Of a stretch of 62,440 nt of DNA, positions 56,315 to 62,440 are shown in pieces. Source of the DNA: an uncultured Pelagibacteraceae bacterium (lineage in GTDB: Bacteria > Pseudomonadota > Alphaproteobacteria > Pelagibacterales > Pelagibacteraceae); the NCBI GenBank assembly GCA_902551445.1, contig CACDDB010000001.1, forward strand, positions 1-62,440. The letters run 5' to 3'. Under the pieces are notes generated by a model. It was not told the origin of the DNA. It made no database searches and saw nothing but the letters and a program-made list of their open reading frames with translations. The translations under genes were made by a program, and so were the position numbers. Within the stretch, counting starts at the first letter, position 1. The number at the start of each line of letters is the position of its first letter.

Positions 56315-58525
56315 TGGCTTACCTGTTGCAAGGGTATGTTTTATTCTCTCTTGTGTTTTTTTAGTTTCAATAAGCCTCATGAATGACTCAAGTTCTAATT
56401 TATATAAATCATCTTCTGTTAAAGTTTTATCTATAGTTGTGTTTCCGCCACTTAAGACATTAGCTAGTTCTTTGCCAACCTCCATTCCATGATCTAAAAT
56501 TATTCTTTCATTATATAATTTTTCTAAAACTTTGATCATTTTTTCTTTAAGAGGTTTTCCAGATAAATTAAATTTACATTCATTAGGAACGTTAAAACTT
56601 TTGTTTTCCTCCAATATTTTTTTTGAAATAGAAAATAAGCTATTTCTATTCATTATTTTTTTATCTTCTGGTTTTAAATATTTTAAAGGTTCTGCTTCTA
56701 CTGGTGATGTGGCAGTTTTTGCATATCCAATAATATTAAATACTTGAAGAGGTGCAAAATCTGGATCTATTTTGGCTTCATCCGTTTGTGACCATCTCCA
56801 TAACATTTCTTTGCAACCTCCTCCTGCAGGAATTAAACCAACAATAGTTTCGACTAATCCAACTACAATGTTTGTATGTGATGCAACAAAATTACTTTGA
56901 ACAAGCACTTCAAAGCCTCCCCCTAATGTTAGCCCTGAAGGAGCTGAGACAACAGGATATTTTGAATACTTAAGATGTTTACAGGTTTCTTGAAAATATT
57001 TTATAAATTTTTCTATAGACTTAAAATCACCTTTGTCAGCAAAATTCATTGTGTAAGTTAAATTTACCCCAGCTGAAAATTGCATACTTTCATTAATTAT
57101 TATTAATGGTTTATCTGTTGCTTTTTTTAAGGAGTCCATCGAATCATAATCCAGAGTATTTGCCTTAGTGGTAAACTCCACAATATTGAAATCTTTAAAT
57201 CTATAAGTTTCTGCAGAATTATTTTTATCAACTTTAATTGCCTTTGGTTTAATTTTACCTAATGTTTCAATATCTGTATAAAGTTGTCTTTCTCCATAAA
57301 AATTTTCATTTTTTGATTTAGACAAATCATTTAAGAATTTATTATTTTCAAAATTATCTATTTTTTCAAAAAAGTTTTTTACTCCAATTTCTTTTAACAT
57401 TTCAAAGGGTCCCATGCTCCAATTAAAACCAAGTCTCATAGCTTCATCAATATCATTAAATTTTTCAGTGATACCTGGAACCAATGAAGAAGCATATTTA
57501 ATTATTTTTGAAATGACGGACCAAGCATATTCCCCATATTTATCTTTTCTGTTAATTAGAGTTTTGAGATCTACTCTCTCTGATTTTAAGTCAATTTTTT
57601 TACTAGTCGAATACTCACCAGTATCAAGGTTAATTGCTTCAAGAATTTTCTTACCGTCAGTTTTATTCATTCGATAAAATCCTCCTTTGCCCTTACGACC
57701 AGTATAACCACTTTCGATTAAATTTTTTATTAAAGGAATTTCTTTAGCAACAACTTGGAATTCGTCATTTTTTGGCAGCTCTTTAATAAAACTTTTTAGT
57801 ACATCCGCCATTAAGTCAATTCCAATTAAATCATATAAACCAAATACCCCAGTTTTTGGAATTCCCATTGGTCTTCCGAATACTGCGTCTGCTTCTTCTA
57901 TTGATAATTTCATCTTAAATGCCTCAGTCATGGCTACTTGCATTGCATAAACTCCCACTCTATTTCCTAAAAATCCTGGAGTGTCATTGCAAATAATGGC
58001 ACCTTTTCCTAAAAGATTTTCGCAAAAAACTTTTAAAGAGTTAATTTTATTAAGATCATTGTTATCGCTTTTAACAATTTCTAAAAGACCCATATATCTT
58101 ACAGGGTTAAAAAAATGAGTAATACAAAAGTCTTTCTTTTGTTCATTTGACAAATTTTGAGAAAGTATTTTTATAGGAATAGAAGAAGTGTTTGATGATA
58201 CTATGGCTCCTTGTTTTCTTTTTTTAAATATTTTTTCATAAATATTGTGTTTTATATCTATTCTTTCTACTACTGCTTCAACTATCCAGTCAGCTGAACC
58301 AACAACATCAAAATTGTCTGAAATATTTCCTACTTTAATATTATCTATCTTTGTTTTATCGATTAACAACGGTGGTCTTGAACTGAAAATTTTATCTTTT
58401 GCTTTTTGACTTATTTCTGTTTTTAAATCTAGTAAAGTAACTGGTATGTTGGCATTACAAAGTTGAGCAGCAATACCACTTCCCATTGTTCCTGATCCGA
58501 TTACGACAACTTTTTTAATTTCCAT
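56303..58525 (-). CDS. 3-hydroxyacyl-CoA dehydrogenase / enoyl-CoA hydratase (FadN-type order)
   Basis: GSGTMGSG, EAVVE, SNTSS, HFFNP in the N region; FSAG, LGGGFE, GLVE..VGLIP in the C region. Confidence 0.9.
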   Translation of the reverse strand: MEIKKVVVIGSGTMGSGIAAQLCNANIPVTLLDLKTEISQKAKDKIFSSRPPLLIDKTKIDNIKVGNISDNFDVVGSADWIVEAVVERIDIKHNIYEKIFKKRKQGAIVSSNTSSIPIKILSQNLSNEQKKDFCITHFFNPVRYMGLLEIVKSDNNDLNKINSLKVFCENLLGKGAIICNDTPGFLGNRVGVYAMQVAMTEAFKMKLSIEEADAVFGRPMGIPKTGVFGLYDLIGIDLMADVLKSFIKELPKNDEFQVVAKEIPLIKNLIESGYTGRKGKGGFYRMNKTDGKKILEAINLDTGEYSTSKKIDLKSERVDLKTLINRKDKYGEYAWSVISKIIKYASSLVPGITEKFNDIDEAMRLGFNWSMGPFEMLKEIGVKNFFEKIDNFENNKFLNDLSKSKNENFYGERQLYTDIETLGKIKPKAIKVDKNNSAETYRFKDFNIVEFTTKANTLDYDSMDSLKKATDKPLIIINESMQFSAGVNLTYTMNFADKGDFKSIEKFIKYFQETCKHLKYSKYPVVSAPSGLTLGGGFEVLVQSNFVASHTNIVVGLVETIVGLIPAGGGCKEMLWRWSQTDEAKIDPDFAPLQVFNIIGYAKTATSPVEAEPLKYLKPEDKKIMNRNSLFSISKKILEENKSFNVPNECKFNLSGKPLKEKMIKVLEKLYNERIILDHGMEVGKELANVLSGGNTTIDKTLTEDDLYKLELESFMRLIETKKTQERIKHTLATGKPLVN

Positions 58526-58547
58526 ATAATTGAAATTTAACTAAATG

Positions 58548-59402
58548 TTATCTGTTAATTCCTCTTATTCGCTCAGATCTTCTTCTTAAAAGTTCTGCGG
58601 TAACGAGAATTAATGTTGAAAGTACAATTAAACAAGTAGCAACTGCAAGTATAGTTGGGCTTAGTTGTTCTCTTAAACCCGTCCACATTTGGATTGGTAT
58701 TGTTGTATTATCTAATCCAGCTAAAAATAGTACAACTACAACTTCATCAAATGAAGTAACAAATGCAAACAATGCTCCTGATATAACTCCTGGTAAAATT
58801 AGCGGCAAAGTTATTTTCATAAATGTGTTAACTGGATTGCTTCCAAGACTTGCCGCTGCTCTTGTAACACTATGGTCAAAACCTGATAGTGTTGCAGTAA
58901 CTGTTATCACTACAAAAGGAGTTCCTAGTATGATGTGAGCTATAATAATGCCAAGATGTGTCGCTGCCAGTCCAACTTTTGCAATAAAAAAGAAAATTGC
59001 AACTCCTGAAATAATAAGAGGAACAATCATTGGTGAAATTAAAGTTGCCATTATTAAGCCTTTGAATGGCATATGTCTGCTACTTAATCCTAAAGCAGCA
59101 ACGGTACCTAAAATAACTGACCCTATAGTTGCAAATACAGCAATAATAAAACTATTTTTTGCTGCAAGTCCCCAGGGATTTTTGGTTCCATAAACCATAT
59201 CGTGATACCATCTTAAAGAAAATGCATCAGGGTCGAGCCTTTTCATTCCATCCGAAAATACTAAAAATTCTTCAGCATTAAATGACAGTGGAAAAATTAC
59301 AAACAATGGTGCAATTAAAAAGAAAAATACAAAACCACAAATTGTTAAATATGTGTAATGCCAAATTCTATAATGAGGTTCTGTATATTTTGGTAATGCC
59401 AT
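58548..59402 (-). CDS. potC: Polyamine-family ABC transporter permease (PotC-like)
   Basis: SLRWY, AA.SLG EAA-like loop, TSFDEVV. Confidence 0.82.
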   Translation of the reverse strand: MALPKYTEPHYRIWHYTYLTICGFVFFFLIAPLFVIFPLSFNAEEFLVFSDGMKRLDPDAFSLRWYHDMVYGTKNPWGLAAKNSFIIAVFATIGSVILGTVAALGLSSRHMPFKGLIMATLISPMIVPLIISGVAIFFFIAKVGLAATHLGIIIAHIILGTPFVVITVTATLSGFDHSVTRAAASLGSNPVNTFMKITLPLILPGVISGALFAFVTSFDEVVVVLFLAGLDNTTIPIQMWTGLREQLSPTILAVATCLIVLSTLILVTAELLRRRSERIRGINR

Positions 59403-59404
59403 AT

Positions 59405-60658
59405 TTATCCTAATTTAATATTATCAATTCCAACAAGTTTATTATAAATCCAATAAACAACTAAAACTCCAGTCAACAACATCAATCCCATCGCTGAAGC
59501 AAAGCTCCAATCTAGGGTAGCTTTCATATGATATGCTATTTGATTGCTTATCAATGTTCCGGACGCACCACCAACTAAAGCAGGAGTAATGTAGTAACCA
59601 ATCGCAAGTATAAACACTAATAAGCATCCTGCTCCTATACCTGGTATTGTTAGTGGAAAATAAACTTTCCAAAAAGCTATAAATGGTGTGCCTCCTAAAG
59701 ATTTTCCTGCCCTCATTAAGCTAGGAGATATGGTTTTCATAACGCTATAAAGTGGTAATACCATAAAAGGTAAAAGAATTTGTGTCATTGCAACATAAGT
59801 TCCAGTTTTGTTGTACATCATTTCGGGTCTGCTATCGTCAGCTACTAAACCTATCCATACAAAAAAATCATTTACTATTCCTTGTTGTTGTAACAAAATC
59901 ATCCAACTTGCTGTTCGAACAAGTAAAGATGTCCAAAATGGCAAAAGTACACAAATCATTAGTAGATTACTATATTTCATAGGAAGCGTAGCAAGCAAAT
60001 GAGCAATGGGATAACCCATTAAAAAACAAAAAACCGTAACAAAAAATGCTACTTCTAAAGTTCTAAGCCAAAGTATTCTATGTATTCTTCTGTCCTCTGA
60101 AACTTGAACTATTTTTCCATCCTCATTGTAATACATATCCATACCCTTTAAATATTTTGACATAGTGTATGGAGGAGCTGTTCTTTTTATCGCTTGCCAA
60201 TACTTAACATCTCTAAACCTTTTATGAATTGCCATTATTTGTTCTTTGGCATTACCTTCCTCAAATTTTTTCATTTTTCTCCATAATTTTTTGAGAATTG
60301 TATTAAATCCATTCTTCTCTTTATTTAATCTTTGCCCTAATTTTCCATGTTCTTTCTTTTCAGCTAAAACTCTAAAATCAGACAAAAAAGCAGCAAAAAC
60401 TTCTTCAGGAGGAAGTTCTTTTCCATCCCACGTTTCCATTGCTTTAAATGTTTTAGGGAGCATATTTGTAACCATTCTGTCGTCGATGCTTCTTGTAAAC
60501 ATTTCACCAATGGGAAAAATATAAGTGATAATGATAAACAGTAACAAGGGAGCCACTAATAAAAAGGCTTTAATCTTATTTTTTTTCTCTGCCTTTTTTA
60601 AACTTACCTCTAAAGGAATTCCGTCAGTTGTTAAAATTTTTTGTGTTTCACTGCTCAT
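59405..60658 (-). CDS. potB: Polyamine-family ABC transporter permease (PotB-like)
   Basis: GYPIA, LPFWTSLLVR, LPFMVLPLY, GYYITPALVGG. Confidence 0.82.
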   Translation of the reverse strand: MSSETQKILTTDGIPLEVSLKKAEKKNKIKAFLLVAPLLLFIIITYIFPIGEMFTRSIDDRMVTNMLPKTFKAMETWDGKELPPEEVFAAFLSDFRVLAEKKEHGKLGQRLNKEKNGFNTILKKLWRKMKKFEEGNAKEQIMAIHKRFRDVKYWQAIKRTAPPYTMSKYLKGMDMYYNEDGKIVQVSEDRRIHRILWLRTLEVAFFVTVFCFLMGYPIAHLLATLPMKYSNLLMICVLLPFWTSLLVRTASWMILLQQQGIVNDFFVWIGLVADDSRPEMMYNKTGTYVAMTQILLPFMVLPLYSVMKTISPSLMRAGKSLGGTPFIAFWKVYFPLTIPGIGAGCLLVFILAIGYYITPALVGGASGTLISNQIAYHMKATLDWSFASAMGLMLLTGVLVVYWIYNKLVGIDNIKLG

Positions 60659-60689
60659 AAAAAAAGGGCGGTTATTAAATAACCGCCCT
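60659..60689 (-). terminator. Rho-independent terminator between potD and potB
   Basis: AGGGCGGTTATT/AATAACCGCCCT stem followed by a T run on the minus strand. Confidence 0.85.
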
Positions 60690-60725
60690 AAATATAATAT
60701 ATAATTTTAGTCTTTAAAACTTAAA

Positions 60726-61841
60726 TTATAGACCTGCTTTCATAGCTTCCCATTTTTCGCCAATTTCTGTACCGTTATCAGCCCAGAAGAATGGGTCAAC
60801 TAAGAAGTAATTTTTTGTATTTGCTGGTGCAGTTGGCATATGTGGTACCATGTTTGTCTTACCATCTTTATACCAAGGCTCTCCTGCTTCCATTACTGCA
60901 ATAGAAGATTTTCTCCAAGGAGCGTAAGCAATATACTTAGCACTTCCAGCTAACATTTCAGTGTTAGTCATCATTCTAAGTGCTTTTTTTGCATCAGCTT
61001 CATTTGGTCCACCTTTAACAAGCGCAAAGTATTCATAGTCAAGACCTTGAGCGTCCCAAACTTGAACGATCGGAGCTCCTTCTCCAACTGTAGCGTTGAA
61101 GAATCTTCCGTTCCAACCAGTTGCCATAACAACTTCTCCACTCATTAATAATTCTGGCGGTTGAGCACCTGCAGACCAAAATACACATCCACCTTTAGGG
61201 TCTGTGCAAAGTTTTTTGATCTTATCCATTGCTTTTTGGACACCTTTTTCAGTTTCCAATTTTTTATAGATATTTGCTCCACCTTTTCCTGGTTTTGTTC
61301 CGCTAGCAGCTAAAGCTATCTCTAAGTTTGTTAAAGCAGACTTGTAGATTGCTCTTTTTCCAGGAAATTTTTTAGTGTTAAAGAAATCTTTTATAGTTTT
61401 TGGAGTACCTTTAACATTGTCGCTGTTATAAGCATAGTTCCAAGAATATAAAATGTTTCCTACAGCACACTTAGAAGGCATCGAAGTAAAGAAATCTTCA
61501 CTAGCTGGAGTTCCATCTGGTGCAGGTTCGAAATCTTTATCAAAATCAAACTCTACAAATATTCCTTCGTCACATCCATTAATTGTATCGAATGCAAATA
61601 CATCGATTATATCCCATACAATAGCTCCTGCTTCTTTTTGTGCTTTAATTTCTGATAATCCACCTGAATAGTCTACCCATTCAATAGGTATACCTAATGC
61701 TTTTGAAGTAGGATCACCATAACCTAACTTTTGACTTTCTGTATAAGCTCCACCCCAAGATGCAATAACAACTGCAAATGCCGATGAAGTAATTGAAAGA
61801 GCAAAAGTAATAGTAAGTAATAGTTTACTTAATTTTCTCAT
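60726..61841 (-). CDS. potD: Pot-family ABC transporter substrate-binding protein
   Basis: Signal peptide; SWGGAY..SQ, DFF...KFPGKR, WNGR; GGAGG RBS. Confidence 0.8.
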   Translation of the reverse strand: MRKLSKLLLTITFALSITSSAFAVVIASWGGAYTESQKLGYGDPTSKALGIPIEWVDYSGGLSEIKAQKEAGAIVWDIIDVFAFDTINGCDEGIFVEFDFDKDFEPAPDGTPASEDFFTSMPSKCAVGNILYSWNYAYNSDNVKGTPKTIKDFFNTKKFPGKRAIYKSALTNLEIALAASGTKPGKGGANIYKKLETEKGVQKAMDKIKKLCTDPKGGCVFWSAGAQPPELLMSGEVVMATGWNGRFFNATVGEGAPIVQVWDAQGLDYEYFALVKGGPNEADAKKALRMMTNTEMLAGSAKYIAYAPWRKSSIAVMEAGEPWYKDGKTNMVPHMPTAPANTKNYFLVDPFFWADNGTEIGEKWEAMKAGL

Positions 61842-61877
61842 TTATCCTCCGTTTAAACGTTTTTTTATAAAAAAAGG

Positions 61878-61906
61878 ATTACAACAAGTAAGAAAAATGG
61901 AGTCAA
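61878..61906 (-). promoter_or_regulatory. Internal sigma70-like promoter for potD
   Basis: TTGACT-N17-TGTAAT on the minus strand in the potA-potD gap. Confidence 0.5.
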
Positions 61907-61969
61907 CTGTTGATTTGACCAAATTATACGATAATTATGCTTAAATACTTAGAATTGTTCCAAACTATT

Positions 61970-62440
61970 TCACTTTGGGTCTAAAGCCCTTGCGTCTCTA
62001 CTATTCCAGCCAATATTAATTTCGTTGCCTAGCTTAATATCCATTCTTGCTGAACTATTTGGTACTTTAAGTATAAATTCTTTGTTTCCTAATAAGTTTA
62101 ATCTAACCCTAGTATGATCTCCGTGATAAATTACTTCTTCAATCTTTCCTTTGTGTTTATTATCCATATTATTTTCTGGATCTATAATTGCTCTTTCTGG
62201 CCTTAATGAAACTATTGTTTTTTCACCTTTCGATTTCACTCTAATTGGATTTGATAATATTTCAGTACCTGAATCTAATTTAACTTTACATTTACCATTT
62301 GAAATATCTGTGACTTCTCCATTAAAAGTATTATTTTCACCTATGAATTCTGCAACAAAAGAATTTACAGGTTCTTCATACAGTTTATCTGGGCTTGATA
62401 ATTGCTGAACTTTTCCATCATTAAATACTGCTATTCTATT
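61970..62440 (-). CDS. potA: ABC transporter ATP-binding protein, 3' part only (PotA-like, TOBE domain); 5' end outside the window
   Basis: RIAVFNDG.VQQ..SP..LYE.P..SFVA.FIG, LRPE. Confidence 0.82.
   Translation of the reverse strand, partial: NRIAVFNDGKVQQLSSPDKLYEEPVNSFVAEFIGENNTFNGEVTDISNGKCKVKLDSGTEILSNPIRVKSKGEKTIVSLRPERAIIDPENNMDNKHKGKIEEVIYHGDHTRVRLNLLGNKEFILKVPNSSARMDIKLGNEINIGWNSRDARALDPK

Overview
AT-rich, very compact alphaproteobacterial DNA with the gene content of a SAR11/Pelagibacterales chromosome. The taxonomy is inferred from gene content, near-zero intergenic spacing and the tmoX/tdm/potD-type genes. Left part (1-17.4 kb): housekeeping genes (metG, tatD, nhaA, glpX), tRNA-Pro, tRNA-Glu and a glycosyltransferase cassette. 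It also holds a Cre/IntA-like tyrosine recombinase with a 14-7-14 palindromic site abutting its start codon, tandem DnaA boxes, a ~52% GC structured ncRNA with a kissing-loop pseudoknot upstream of ogt, and an unusually long AT-rich gap with a perfect 19-bp inverted repeat. At ~17.45 kb gpsA is fused in frame to the C-terminal part of homoserine dehydrogenase (rearrangement or chimera). Middle (18-43.5 kb): a methylated-amine region with a TMAO ABC transporter, TMAO demethylase, N-methylglutamate pathway genes, a divergent Amt and two glutamine-synthetase-like genes. Inserted into it is an intact mcl-mtkA-mtkB-ppc operon, the core of the serine cycle, which is unexpected in a lineage thought only to oxidise C1 units. 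Right part: acnA, BamB/YfgM-like genes, argE, an aldehyde dehydrogenase, an agmatinase-family enzyme, a FadN-like enzyme and a Pot-family ABC transporter. The top candidates for undescribed systems are a single-recombinase dif-like module, the serine-cycle cassette in the methylamine locus, and the pseudoknotted ncRNA. All calls come from reading motifs by eye; no searches were run.
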